DNA of 64,000 nt from Spongospora subterranea f. sp. subterranea (GCA_049724395.1 JAUGWO010000046.1:186001-250000); one strand, 5' to 3'; numbered from the stretch's first letter, positions 41,201 to 55,690 are shown. The notes: a model not told the origin generated them from the sequence alone. Made by a program: numbers and translations.

Positions 41201-42663
41201 GGATCACAAGCGCCGGTGTCGCGTTTTCATTGGAATTTGTCAAATGTGCAATACGGTTATCGCATGTCGAGCCAGTCCAAAACAGAAAGCCAGCATTGTC
41301 GCCATGGTGAAGCGGTTAGTACGCCCTGAGCCAATGACCCTGGCCATCGGTGATGGGGCAAACGACATCGGGATGTTGCAGGAAGCTCACGTTGGAGTTG
41401 GAATATCTGGCAATGAGGGAATGCAGGCCGTAAATTCAGCAGACTATGCCATTGGCCAATTCCGCTACCTTAGCAGATTGTGTCTCGTACATGGCAATTG
41501 GAATTATCGTAGGATCAGCAAAGTAATGTCAAGACGAACCCGTAAACTTTGTAAAGCAAAAGCCCTGAATTTCCTTCTAGGTTGTGCTATACAGCTTCTA
41601 CAAAAACATCTGCAGCGTGTTCACCTTATTTTTCTATTGCTTCTATAACGGTTTTTCTGGGTCATCATTATACGAATCCTGGTTACAAGCTGGATGGAAT
41701 GTTGGATGGACATTTTTGCCAATTGTTGTGTTTGGCATCACAGATAAAGACGTTCATTCCACAACAATCCTGGCACATCCCCACGTTTATGCTCGAGGCC
41801 AACGTCATGATTTGTTCAACTTGAAGATTATGACTCGATGGGTTACCATTGCCATCATTCATGCTTCCATTTTGTTCCTCCTTTCTTCGAAAGCCCTTCA
41901 GAATGACGCATCTTCGGCCGACGGTACAACTCATGGTATGGTTACGTTGGGCACAATTATCAATGGTTGCATGGTTCTTCTGGTAAATATCAAACTACTC
42001 CTTGAAGCGAAACATTGGAACAAGTATACGGTAGGATCCGTGATCTTTAGTGTAGCAATTTGGTTCGCATTTATTGGGCTTTACTCCAACATGATCACAA
42101 TTAGCTTTGATTTCTTTGGAGAAGGCGAGCGATTATATGAGACAGTTTTGCCATGGCTCGTATTTCTACTGGTGTCTATAGCTGCAGTAATACTGGATCT
42201 ATCACTAATGTACTTGAGCGACATGTATTTCCCCGATCCCATCGTCATTGCCAACGAGTTACAAAGTATTAACGGTCTTCTGGACGAGGACGAATCTTTC
42301 TCAGAGCAGGACGATACCACAATGGTATTACCAACAAAAGTCACGGAGGCACTACCAAAAAAACCTTCCGCTTTAAAAAAGAAGTGCACAAGTTTGATTC
42401 CAGACAATATTGAGCAAGATAGACAAAAAGCCGAGGAAAAAATCACTACTGTAAGGCATTCTAAGTCGCATACTAAACGATCTTCGCAAGCAAGAAGTGA
42501 TGCCGCAAAACCCAATCAACGTACGAAGAATGGTTCAGAATTGTTCACACCAAAGAAAAAACCGGAAAATCCTATACAAAGCCAAACGACAGCTGTCAAG
42601 ACACAGAAATCCAATAAAAAGCAGCAAAAACCAAAATCGCTAGATCAAAAAAATAAACCATAA
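38232..42663 (+). CDS. P4-type ATPase (phospholipid flippase)
   Basis: [53 protein letters not shown] phosphorylation motif, [33 protein letters not shown]-terminal TM bundle. Confidence 0.95.
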
Positions 42664-42727
42664 ATTAATCAACCACGTAAATGGAATTTCAAAGGATAGA
42701 ACCGTGATAAGAAACAATGTATAAATA

Positions 42728-44698
42728 TCATGGTCCTGAGACGTTTAATACGACGCCTTTCCTAATTGTGCCCCAGCCGATAAGACGCCAGTGCTTATCA
42801 ACTCGTCTGCTGATCGCCAGCTTTTCCCCTTCTAACGTGCAAACAGGCTGGGTCAAACCGATTTTCGCAAGATCGTTCTTGATGGCGAGGACATTCCCTC
42901 CAACACTAGTTGAGCCAATATTGACCATAATGATTTCGCCCTAATGAAATTATCAACGAGATGATAATAGTTGGGCGAAATATATACTGGAAACTACCTT
43001 AGTGAGTTTCTTGACTTTCCCTTGCTTTTTTTTGTCAACGCTGGTGTCAGTCAACTTTATACCGAGAAGACGACGTAGAAGGAAAAACGAAATTTCGAGG
43101 CCGGTGAAAATATTGGGCAATTTACCAACCTCGCCTGGCAAGGAATGAACATATGATTTCGAACCGGTACAGCATGGGCGATTACCGAGAACTTGGCCGA
43201 CGAGACGATCGGCACGGGTCAATGTGGGGTCAATCTTGGTTCCAACTCCGATTAAACCTCCTGGAACAGCGTATTGTAACTCGTTATGTTCGGCGAAAAG
43301 GGAGATGATCCGGCTATAGATGGGGGAACACATCACCGACCCGTCTTTGTCTTTGGTGACAATGCCAGGGCGGACCTCGATCTCATGACCGACACGAAGA
43401 ACGCCTTGAAGCAAGGATCCACCTGCAACACCTCCTCTCAACGCGTGCACTTCCTCACCGGGCTTGTTCACGTCAAACGATCGGATCACAATTAGACGAG
43501 CGGTCGACGTAAAATCACGAACTGGAATTGGAATTTTTGTCACCTGCGACAGCATTAGCGCGAGTTGGCGGAAAACACGATCGTAATACAATGTGTTCAC
43601 AGATCAGATCAATATTGTATCTGAGCTGGGCACTAATTGGAATGATGGGGGCAGAATCAGCCGATGAACCTTGAATAAATCCCCTAATCTCATCATATTG
43701 TGCCGCTGCTTCCGCTTCTTTAACCAAATCAATCTTATTCTGTAAAATTATAATATTTTTCAGTTTCATGATTTCAACAGCGGCCAAATGCTCCAAAGTC
43801 TGAGGTTGAGGGCAAGGCTCATTTCCTATAGCAATCCGTTAGCTTTTCTCATTCGATTTTCTACTCAAAAACACACCCGAGATAAGCAAAAGGGCTGCGT
43901 CCATAACAGCCGCCCCGTTTAACATTGTGGCCATGAGAATATCGTGCCCTGGGCAATCGACGAAAGAGACGTGACGAACGAGAGTTAGACGGCCACCACA
44001 TCCTAACGGGCATATAGGTGAATCCTCTTTTGATGATCCATAGGACTGATATCGCTCTGGTCGTGACTGTACAAAAATTGATAAGCGCCAGCGTTGCTAA
44101 ATTTTACAGCGAATCCCATTACGCATCCGTTCTTTGCATTCATAAATTTTAGCGTTCGCATAACCGAGTTTGATGGTGATATTCCGTTCTAATTCGGTTT
44201 TGAAACGAACCGTTTGAACTCCTGATTTGGCCGAGGTAAGTAGATTATGTGCGAAATGAATGTGACCTGGGGTGGATCCATTACCGGAAATGGCTTTCAC
44301 CACGGTCGACTTCCCATGAGCGACATGGCCAATTGTTCCGATATTGATCGTTGCCTGACGAGAGATAACTTCGGGGCTCAACGGTGTTAACGCAGCTTGA
44401 TCAAGAGTCTGAAAAAAAAACCTCAAAAATCAACCACAAAACCAGATCGTAATCCATTTATAGTAGAAAACACAGCAATGGCGAGAGAATGTTATTGTGA
44501 ATTGTTAGTGTTGATATATACAGCTAGATCCTGTTTAGCTAATCCTTGTCCAGCATCGCTATTAGCGCATCCTGTTAGGTCATTAGTGACGCTGGCCTTG
44601 GCCAGGCCCTGAGACAGATCGGCACTGGCCAATGGGGCGCGATCACCGCTGGCCGATACCACCTCCTCGGCGAACCGCACACCTTTCTCGGACGACAT
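42728..44698 (-). CDS. EIF2S3: Eukaryotic translation initiation factor 2 subunit gamma
   Basis: [81 protein letters not shown]. Confidence 0.97.
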
Positions 44699-45154
44699 CG
44701 CTAAACCCCAACTGATATCGGGCCAATGATCATGTGGTTTATTAACACAGTTTCGGACACCGTCACGGACATACACACTCGGTTCAGTACACTCTGATAC
44801 ACATCATCATGGCGCTAGCACGTCTCGACAATAAACACTCAGCAGACGAATAGCAACTGTCGCCGTCGCCCTTTTCATGAATATTGTAATAGGGAGATTG
44901 ATGGGGATAATCACGATATTGTTAAGTTGGGGATTATTGATTGACTCTCTCTCTCTATAAACACCCCCTTGTTATTTCGATAATGGACCATCAATCCACC
45001 AAACCCATCATTTGATCAACATCGTCATAAGGCCAGTTCGATTCTCTCAGTGATATATCGACAGATTTTACCCAAATAAGATCGCCTTTATGACACCCTC
45101 TTTCCCAGTTCATTTGAACAGGATCTGGGAAAATGCTGAAAAGCGAGGGAAGAA

Positions 45155-47956
45155 GGGAGAGAGGATGAACAATATGGGACAGGGACAGGGGGGATAGTGA
45201 TCCCTCTCGATCACAATTAACAGACTAAGGGAAAGAGGATGAACAATATGGGACAGGGACAGGGGGGATAGTGATCCCTCTCGATCACAATTAACAGACT
45301 AAGGGAAAGAGGATGAACAATATGGGACAGGGACAGGGGGGATAGTGATCCCTCTCGATCACCATTAACAGACTAAGGGAAAGAGGATGAACAATATGGG
45401 ACAGGGACAGGGGGGATAGTGATCCCTCTCGATCACCATTAACAGACTAAGGGAGAGAGGATGAACAATATGGGACAGGGACAGGGGGATAGTGATCCCT
45501 CTCATCACAATTAACAGACTAAGGGAAAGAGGATGAACAATATGGGACAGGGACAGGGGGGATAGTGATCCCTCTCGATCACAATTAACAGACTAAGGGA
45601 GAGAGGATGAACAATATGGGACAGGGACAGGGGGGATAGTGATCCCTCTCGATCACAATTAACAGACTAAGGGAAAGAGGATGAACAATATGGGACAGGG
45701 ACAGGGGGGATAGTGATCCCTCTCGATCACAATTAACAGACTAAGGGAGAGAGGATGAACAATATGGGACAGGGACAGGGGGGATAGTGATCCCTCTCGA
45801 TCACCATTAACAGACTAAGGGAGAGAGGATGAACAATATGGGACAGGGACAGGGGGGATAGTGATCCCTCTCGATCACCATTAACAGACTAAGGGAGAGA
45901 GGATGAACAATATGGGACAGGGACAGGGGGATAGTGATCCCTCTCGATCACAATTAACAGACTAAGGGAGAGAGGATGAACAATATGGGACAGGGACAGG
46001 GGGGATAGTGATCCCTCTCGATCACCATTAACAGACTAAGGGAAAGAGGATGAACAATATGGGACAGGGACAGGGGGGATAGTGATCCCTCTCATCACAA
46101 TTAACAGACTAAGGGAGAGAGGATGAACAATATGGGACAGGGACAGGGGGGATAGTGATCCCTCTCATCACCATTAACAGACTAAGGGAGAGAGGATGAA
46201 CAATATGGGACAGGGACAGGGGGGGGATAGTGATCCCTCTCGATCACAATTAACAGACTAAGGGAGAGAGGATGAACAATATGGGACAGGGACAGGGGGG
46301 ATAGTGATCCCTCTCATCACAATTAACAGACTAGATCCCTCTCATCACCATTAACAGACTAAGGGAGAGAGGATGAACAATATGGGACAGGGACAGGGGG
46401 ATAGTGATCCCTCTCGATCACAATTAACAGACTAAGGGAGAGAGGATGAACAATATGGGACAGGGACGGGACTAAGGGAGAGAGGGATAGGGACAGGGGG
46501 ATAGTGATCCCTCTCATCACAATTAACAGACTAAGGGAAAGAGGATGAACAATATGGGACAGGGACAGGGGGGATAGTGATCCCTCTCATCACAATTAAC
46601 AGACTAAGGGAGAGAGGATGAACAATATGGGACAGGGACAGGGGGGATAGTGATCCCTCTCATCACCATTAACAGACTAAGGGAGAGAGGATGAACAATA
46701 TGGGACAGGGACAGGGGGGATAGTGATCCCTCTCGATCACCATTAACAGACTAAGGGAAAGAGGATGAACAATATGGGACAGGGACAGGGGGGATAGTGA
46801 TCCCTCTCATCACCATTAACAGACTAAGGGAAAGAGGATGAACAATATGGGACAGGGACAGGGGGATAGTGATCCCTCTCATCACCATTAACAGACTAAG
46901 GGAGAGAGGATGAACAATATGGGACAGGGACAGGGGGATAGTGATCTCGATCACAATTAACAGACTAAGGGACTAAGGGAGAGAGGATGAACAATATGGG
47001 ACAGGGACAGGGGGGATAGTGATCACCATTAACAGACTAAGGGAGAGAGGATGAACAATATGGGACAGGGACAGGGGGGATAGTGATCCCTCTCATCACA
47101 ATTAACAGACTAAGGGAGAGAGGATGAACAATATGGGACAGGGACAGGGGGGATAGTGATCCCTCTCATCACCATTAACAGACTAAGGGAAAGAGGATGA
47201 ACAATATGGGACAGGGACAGGGGGGATAGTGATCCCTCTCATCACAATTAACAGACTAAGGGAGAGAGGATGAACAATATGGGACAGGGACAGGGGGATA
47301 GTGATCCCTCTCTCTAAGGGAGAGAGGATGAACAATATCACAATTAACAGACTAAGGGAGAGAGGATGAACAATATGGGACAGGGACAGGGGGGATAGTG
47401 ATCTCTCGATCACCATTAACAGACTAAGGGAGAGAGGATGAACAATATGGGACAGGGACAGGGGGATAGTGATCCCTCTCGATCACCATTAACAGACTAA
47501 GGGAAAGAGGATGAACAATATGGGACAGGGACAGGGGGGATAGTGATCCCTCTCGATCACCATTAACAGACTAAGGGAAAGAGGATGAACAATATGGGAC
47601 AGGGACAGGGGGGATAGTGATCCCTCTCGATCACAATTAACAGACTAAGGGAGAGGATGAACAATATGGGACAGGGACAGGGGGATAGTGATCCCTCTCG
47701 ATCACAATTAACAGACTAAGGGACAGAGGATGAACAATAGAGGATGAACAATATATGGGACAGGGACAGGGGGGATAGTGATCCCTCTCATCACCATTAA
47801 CAGACTAAGGGAGAGAGGGACAGGGACAGGGGGGATAGTGATCCCTCTCGATCACCATTAACAGACTAAGGGAGGGACAGAGGATGAACAATATGAACAA
47901 TATGAGACAGGGACAGGGGGGATAGTGATCCCTCTCGATCACCATTAACAGACTAA
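45155..47956. repeat. 74-bp tandem satellite, ~38 copies
   Basis: Unit GGATGAACAATATGGGACAGGGACAGGGGGGATAGTGATCCCTCTCGATCACAATTAACAGACTAAGGGAAAGA (period 45163->45237), with minor variants and a few truncated units. Confidence 0.97.
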
Positions 47957-48062
47957 TATCAGATCATTATAACGGTCCAATAGCGTTTTATAACCCATAT
48001 TTCCAGATCATAAACCAAATAGAATAGCTGGCCAACCACCTGGCGCTACCTGACTGGTAACT

Positions 48063-48700
48063 CTATCTGTCGTTGACAGTTGCTGTTGTTGGCCCAGCCG
48101 TGTCGGTATTCAGCAATCGTCGGATGGTAATCGGGATCTGTTGCACAGACAGATTCCGTCAACACAAATCGGGAGTGACCGATCAATATATTATCTCACC
48201 CCTTCAAGACGGTAATCCAAAGACGCCACCGTCTCGTTCAGTTTATGGATCTTGTTCGTGAAGCTGTCGATCTTGTCCATCAGGGCGTTGCTGTGCTCAG
48301 TGGATATCCCTTTCTGTGTTCTCCCCTTGTCCATCTCCCTATCGTACAGCCCCTTCAGCTCCGTCTGCAGTTTCTTATTCTCCAGCGTTTTCTGATCAAT
48401 ATCAACGACAATCAGCGCTTTTCTACCGAATACGATTGTCGAATCCAGCGACCTTAACAGCAAGAGCTGAGGCCCATCCGGTTAGAAGAGTACCGCCTAA
48501 AGCGGCTATAGCTAGACCGACCACCTTCATCTCATATAACGATATGGTTCCGACCTATTCGGCCGTTAAAATCATTCCGTTCGTGGCGATATACGGACCG
48601 ACGCTTCACTGTTCATATTATCAAACATACATTAAAGGTGAGCGTCCTCTCCTTCGGGAGAGGAAGATGGGATAATACATATAGGATAGGAGAAGACGTT
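48063..48700 (-). CDS. Hypothetical protein with TM segment and coiled coil
   Basis: Spliced reading VGTISLYEMKVVGLAIAALGGTLLTGWASALAVK|KTLENKKLQTELK...LDYRLEG|IPITIRR...; start not resolved. Confidence 0.45.
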
Positions 48701-48956
48701 TCAGAGAAAACTTCTCTTTTGTCAAAAAAAAAACATTGGAGCAATGTTCGTCACCAGATAGCTTTTTCGCCTTTCATACTCCCTGTGAGCTTTACACAGT
48801 GCAAACTGTGAAATTTCTCGATTGACATTCCCCGACACGGGATAGGATGGGTCAACACCCGCATTCCAGTAATAGTTGACTATCATGACCGACGTGGCGC
48901 CACCATTGTTCTAGGGGGGATGTGTGTTTTCCAACGACGGGCCGTTGTTCCCGTCG

Positions 48957-51900
48957 ATGAACCAGGGCGATGGTGTTCAAGTGCAATTGCGGTTCCCGTT
49001 AACTTTAGACGGCGAGATTGGTTCGGATGGCGATATCTCTATACGAATAAGTCAGTCACTCCTCCTTCTCCTTCCAGTACGTTCAGGGGGCTCGTCTGGA
49101 TTGATCGGTGACCAATAACCTATGTGTTTAATTCAAAAGGCAGCCGAGTTCCCGCCAATCCAAATAAATGTGCCGGTAGTTGAACCCCTTTCAGACTCCG
49201 TTTGGACAACATGATCTGGACTAGGTTATACGATTGTGTAGAATGTCGTCAGAATATCGGTTCTCCAGAGCATTATCAAATATCCTGGATCAGGGTTTCG
49301 GGGATAGTTTTGGGGGCGTGCTCGACAGTTTGGGGGGGAACACGCACGATGGGGACAAACCCAGGTCTGACGCGTGCCGTTCATTTGGTGACCCGGACAC
49401 GCGATCCGTTATTGTATTCCAGATCCATAACCCCACCGTCACCTGTGCAATCCCTCAATTATACCGCTGTCTCAATATGGCAGATATGGGATCAACGGTC
49501 TGTCTGGTTCCACATCAGGCGCGTCATGGAAATCGCCGATCGTCGGCCAACGATGCGTTCCCGCCCATCCTCACCATTAACTGCATCAACGTTGAAAAAC
49601 GGCTGATGATGAAAGCGCAGGTACCGACTTGTATCGCTCGAATCTGGTTGTCCCGGTCGTTAAATGTGATTGGGATTCTAGGCGCGGGTTGATTCATGGC
49701 GTCGACGAACGTCAGCAGCGTCATTACCGAGGGTCAATCGCAGTGAGTTCTCGATCGCCTTTCGGCAGTTGTTTGATCGCTAATCGTTTATGGGAAGTTG
49801 TTACTTGTGCTTTATGTGGTGTCGATTCTGGATTTATCCAGCACGTTCGCCATCGTCGCGCTGCAGGTTTGGGGGAGATCGCGCCATCACATCAATTTTG
49901 TTCGGCTGATCGCCTGAATCGCCTGTACAGGTGAAGCGATACGGATCTCGTTGGCGATCTGTCCAGCTAATCACAGCAAGAGCATTATATCGGATCTGAT
50001 TCCAAGGTGGTTCCTGAACGTCGTCCGTCGGATCGAATCCATTCATGGTTTCTGACGGCGGTCGGTTCAGGTTCAATAACGCTCTGGTCGATATCAGTGA
50101 TGACCCGTTGGGATCGGCCGACCTGATCTGGGTTAATCAGCCGACGGCGAACTCGTTGCGATCCTTCTCGCCCCATCAGCGAATGAACGTGTTCCCGTTC
50201 CTCAATCGAATGATGACCAAAGCGAATATCGCCAAACAGCTCAACCTCCATCGATCTCTGTCCGTTTTCTCCCTCTCCCCCCCCCCCATGTCCCATTCCC
50301 CTCGTCCGACTCAACCTGGTCAGGTTCCCCAGCGAGTTCGATTTCTACCCGGAGACGCTGGAGCTGCCCCGCGACCTTCGCGCCCTCCAACGCATCATGA
50401 AGCAGGAGAACGAGAGCGGCACCTGGATCCTGAAACCGACCAAGGGCCTGCAAGGGATCGGGATCGTCCTGGCCCGATCGTTCGGCCAGGTTGAGCAATG
50501 TATTCAGCTCAACGACGATAAAGTCTACTCAGTTCAGCGGTAATTCACCAGAACCGCCCTGTTCTTAAAAAATCTGACCACCTCACAAGGTATATTGATC
50601 GGCCAATGCTGCTCAAGGACGCCAAGTGGGATATGCGAATCTACGTCATGTTGGAGTCGTTGAACCCGTTCCGGGCCCATCTGTTCAAAGTAAATGGGAC
50701 AACGCACCGGGTCTTGATTGTCGCTGAAGTTCATGTCCAGGATGGGCTGGCCAGGTTCGCCACCGAGAAATATGTTCCGCCGCGATCCGACAACCTGGGA
50801 CAGACGATGGTGCACCTGACCAATTACTCGTTGAACAAGAAGAGCTACCGGTTTCGAATGTTCAAACAGGGGGCCGTGGCCGAGGAAGATTGTCATAAAC
50901 GCACCATCAGCACAACGCTAAGGCAACTCCAGGAAAGCGGATACCCGATCAACGTCGAGGTACAAACTGTGTTTTAGGTCGCGATCGGGTGTGTGGTTGG
51001 CTAATGGGCGCTGGGTCAGCATATCTGGGAGGAGATCGGGGCGATCGTGGGGAAAACGTTGGTGGCCATGTGGCCACAGCTCCAGGATTCCCACGCCACA
51101 TACTTCAAGAAGGTCGGGTCGGTCGCCGGTGCATCATACGATCAGGCCTGTTTCCACATATTGGGATTCGATATCATGATGGACACGAAGGGAAAGATGT
51201 GGCTTTTAGAAGGTAGAACAACACAGTACGAGACGGGTTAATGACGACAGACCTGTAGTGAACTCTAACCCATCTTTCAATCGTGATTCGGTTATCGATG
51301 CCGTTATCAACGAGCAAGTCATGGAGTCGGTGCTGAAAATCGTTCGGGTTCTCGATCCTCGTCAACAGCCAACGGAGAAGGTGGACCATCGCTCTGAATT
51401 CTGGATCTGCCGATCGTCGGGTTGACTGTGTTGTTTCTGGGTTTCAGAGCGGGCCGAACGCCGCGTGCTCAACGCAATCTGACAACGGCAGCGATTCGCC
51501 AGATAACGACGACTCAACCGATGACGACAACGACGACGATGGCGGTAATCACCGGTCCCGTTATGGGGAAGCTAGAGCCGTTCAGGACCGTCCATCGTCC
51601 TATCTATCTCGTTTGCCCAACACCAAGCCGATGACGCACATGCCGCTATATCTTGACCTGTCGTATGCACATTTGATGGTGTTCAATAAGGCGTTCCCAG
51701 ACGGCCATCTCAAGATCGATGAAGGGCAACGGGTATCACAGATGCAGACCCTATGGAGGGTGTACGCCGCTCATCTCTGGGAACCAAAGAGAAGTTCAAG
51801 GGCGTCGGCACGTCTATTGCACGCGCTCAGTCGATTCCAACCGTCGAACGTGGCGTTCGGTGCCGCTGATGCCCATATCATATATGCTCAACTGCAATCA

Positions 51901-52104
51901 TATAGTACCAACCGTACCTACCCATGGCGCCAGGCGTTCGAGTTCGCGTCCGATTGTCCGGCGATGACCTTCTCGATGCTGTGTGAAGCGGTGGCTATCG
52001 TATCGAGACGATGGTATCCGCGCGATACACCGCTAGAGAGTCTCAATGCGTTCCTGAGTTCGCCAGCTCGTCATCAAGTTTTGAGCGATGGCGACGACAT
52101 GTAA
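48957..52104 (+). CDS. Tubulin-tyrosine-ligase-like (TTLL) polyglutamylase-type enzyme
   Basis: FYPETLELP, TWILKPTKGLQGIGI, YIDRPML...KWDMRIYV, DGLARFATEKY, HLTNYSLNK, CFHILGFDIMMD, WLLE|VNSNPS at ~50050-51300; 5' extent uncertain. Confidence 0.85.
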
Positions 52105-52232
52105 ATCGACGGCGATATGCCGATCTAGAAATGGCGAGGGGAATAGTATCTAAACGATAGTCAGCAATATGAAGCTGGTAAAAATCAAAGGTATTTCTGT
52201 TTATAGTCGAGTCGGGTTCTTCTTCTTGTGAG

Positions 52233-54306
52233 CTATAAAACGTGCTGGGGTGCCGCTCTGGACGGAGCGATATGATTCCTGAATAGAAAGAAGAAAAACA
52301 CGGCGAACACAATCATTATTGCCCCCAATGACAAAAATGCATAGAAAAGATTTTGTGGGCCCATAAACGGAGCAACGAATATGCCGAGAAGCGATGCGGC
52401 AGCGTTAGTTAGAAGGAACAATGACATCACCACACTCTTCATGGATTTGGGCGCTGGAATAAATCAATATTCAGTCTACTGATCTGAAATGGATTGATGA
52501 GCGCAACAAATAACCTTGAGAATATGAGAGCTCTAAGGCGGTGACACTGGCAAATATCTCACTGACAGCTGTAAAGGAATATGAGTGTATGTGGTGTGTA
52601 CGACAGTGGAAATACCTATCAATGCATATGGGGGTATTTGCTGAAATATTGACGTCCTTTCTTCAACTGGAACGGTTGGCTTATAAATCCCATCAATGAA
52701 TGAACCTTCTGCGTCGATTTTGTATTGCAAAAACGCTATGCGATAGATTTGCAGTCAGAATTTGTAAATACGAGCATGTTCAGCCTTACCTGAATATAAC
52801 AGAGCGGAAGATGAAACGGTGAATCCAATAGATATCCTTGCAATGAACCCGAGATGAATTCCGCGCCTCCTGAGGGCAGGAAATATTACGGAATCAAATG
52901 CTGGAATAAGGATCAAAATGCATAGCGGGTCGATTATGTTCAGCTGATCAGCAGTTAACCAAGACGGAGTTTGCATTTGCATTCCTTGCTGTATGAAAGA
53001 AGTTTGCATTTGATTATATAAAAGCCAATAAATCCTGGAAGCAATCGTTAGCTGCAGCAACAAACGAATCAAGATAAGTACGGAAATACTAAGAATATTT
53101 TGCACGTATGGGCCACTTCCTTGAGGTCAGTGACAACATCGATGTCATCTTGAGAAGGACGAGGGGATGTCCCATCGAACAGTAAAGCTCGGTCAAGAAA
53201 CGAACATGGTTGCTCACTGGTAAGCTTCCTGTTTCGAAACTGGAAACTGTTTAGCACCTAGTATGTAGTCTAATAAATTATGTGTTTCTTACCGCTTTTC
53301 GGATGATTTTCAGTGACCTCACTGTCATCGAATCCTTGGTTGGAATATGTTCAGAGTAGGTCGGTATTCCATACACGAACACGCTGATTCCAACGATAAA
53401 TAAGAAGGTTGGGGCTAAATACGAAATCCAAAACGACGAACCCTGACCAGTGTTAACTTAACTCCGATGGTAAAATCAAAATAAATACCTGGCGAGCGCC
53501 AAACTTGTCTGTCATGAATGGGCCAAAATGGTGCAACATCGGGACAATCAATTGGCCTAATAAGGCTCCAGCATTGATTGACCAATAAAAATATCGGAAA
53601 GCACGTTCTACTTCTGCTGGGTCATCAATCTGGTCCGCGACGAGGACGCTGACGTTGGATTTAATCCTTCATAACTGGGGTCATAAAAAATATATTGATC
53701 TATAGCAAATGTAGCCTACCCTCCAGTCCCCATCCCGATTAGAAACAATGCAATAAAGAACCCTCCGTACGCCATCACAGACGAAGGATCGTCAGGATAG
53801 TTTTGGAAGGCAAACGGTAAAGCCGACACCGTTAACATTGTTAATCCGAACAGATATGTCGTGGCGAATAACAAAATTGTTTTGACTTTTCCAAACGACG
53901 AATCGCCCATATATCCTCCAATCAGAGCGCAAAAATAAGACCTAAAATCACATTAAGCTTGTCCAGTGGCGTTCTTCGCAAGTGCATACCACATCATGAA
54001 CCCATTCTGAACGCCATCTACGGCTTCATACGAGAGGTTCAACATTTGTAGCATGTCTATCAAAATCATCGTGTTATCCTTCGAACTAGATCGTGACATG
54101 AACTGCTTACAAATGGTGAAGCAAAGGGACGACCCATAAAATGCGAATCTTTCGCAAAATTCAACGATGATGATGGAAACGGTTGATACAGGAAGTCCAA
54201 TGAACTTTGGGGTAGATTCGTGAACCTTGATCGGCTCTCCATCTTCATCTTGACTATGCTGCAATAAGGCTTCCGCCTCATCCATTTCGCTTTGCAAGTG
54301 ATACAT
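52233..54306 (-). CDS. PTR2: Proton-dependent oligopeptide transporter (POT/PTR family)
   Basis: IIVEFCERFAFYG (ExxER motif), GDSSFGKVKTI, IGMGTGG|IKSNVS, FRYFYWSINAG, YWLLYNQMQTSFIQQG, APKSMKSVVMSLFL. Confidence 0.92.
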
Positions 54307-55485
54307 ATAGTTAATGATGAAGTTCCGGACGCGTTATTTGACTGCGTAACGTTGGACGTTCCACTCTCACCAGTCGACTCCCACGCTCTATAACGTGGTT
54401 ATCTCATGTTTCCATACCCTTTGGTGACTGCACTATACAGTCGTCGTTACCTGTATGGGTTGAGACTTGAGAGAGACAGAACTGTACCGAAGGGTGTATC
54501 CTATCTTGGATGGCTTAACCACAGACTTGCGGTCGATACTGTACACACACACAACCCCTGACTTACCCATCAACGAATGGAACACCTATACGAGGGGGAT
54601 GAGATGGAGAGAAGTAAATCAACCAGAACTTCTTCCGAAACGAGACAAAGCTGGTATCAATACCGCACGACGAGACGTGTTTCGATTCGAATGATAGCCA
54701 GAAGAGTGTATCTGGGTCGAAGGGTGATCGACAAGCTCTACGACCAAAAGGATCTGGCAGAACATAGGGAATTTTTGCCGACCAATGAATTCGCTGAAAA
54801 ATCCCAGAATCTCAACTTTCGGATCAGTTGGTTCAATTGTTGCAACTTTCAAGTTGATAAAGCCAGGTAAAACGCGGATGGAGATTGGAACAACAAGGAT
54901 TGAAGAGCAGACGAAGTTAACGTTGTTTGTTTCTTCGAGTGCTTCATCCTGATTCCATGCCAGTTTTCGCTTTCGATAACTCCCAATATCATCGAGCTAT
55001 GCCCCCTGATGGGCTCGTTGCTTCATAATTGAATATGTCAATGGCGGAAAAAATGTGGCGCATGTCAGGTCGGGATGGTTTGTTTCTGGGGAAGAACGGA
55101 TTACTCAAAACTGCACTTTTCCAGTGAGTCTGGCCATGCAATCGACGGCTTTGTCTAAAGGGAATTTGCCAAATTCTTACCGAAAGGTGCCTTTTGCCTA
55201 CTTCTGGGATGATCCTGAACGATGCGCGATCACTGCTTTCGAGCCAACCCGATTTCACATCTCAAAAAGAATGGTCGGTAGAGACCGTGTCAAGCGGAGG
55301 GGGCATATACAGGGGGTGACTTTGATTCCTTCTTTGAACTGGTGTACTTCTTTGTTGCGCCCCAGAGCATCTCAATCCAAGTTTACTCGGGGTGAAACTT
55401 AAACAGTGGGCCTGGATTAACGTTGAGTTTTTCATATAGAAATGCTGAGCCTACATCGAGTTGCTTGAATTTCCATGTCGCTCAG

Positions 55486-55666
55486 CGCCACAAGACTAGA
55501 TACGTGGCTCGGGGCTTCACGCAAAGACCTGGGATCGATCATTTCGAGACAACATCGCCGGTGGATTCTCTGACCTCACTGCGGACGATCCTGGCGATTG
55601 GCGCGATGAACGACATGGAAATCGAGCAACTAGATGCCGACTCAGCATCTCTATATGGGGGACTCA
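55486..55666 (+). pseudogene. Ty1/copia reverse transcriptase fragment
   Basis: RHKTRYVARGFTQRPGIDHFETTSPV...LRTILAIGA..DMEIEQLDADSASLYGGL, the RVT_2 KARLVARGF...QLDV.TAFL.G block, decayed. Confidence 0.85.
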
Positions 55667-55690
55667 ACGTTAATCCAGGCCCACCTGTTT

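Noticed and set aside
45155..47956. CRISPR array or protein-coding ORFs (46751-46954, 47183-47416)
   Set aside because: Pure tandem repeat without spacers; the ORFs are by-products of the repeat.
54467..54870. Gypsy integrase or chromodomain remnants
   Set aside because: Only vague resemblance; no diagnostic motif readable.
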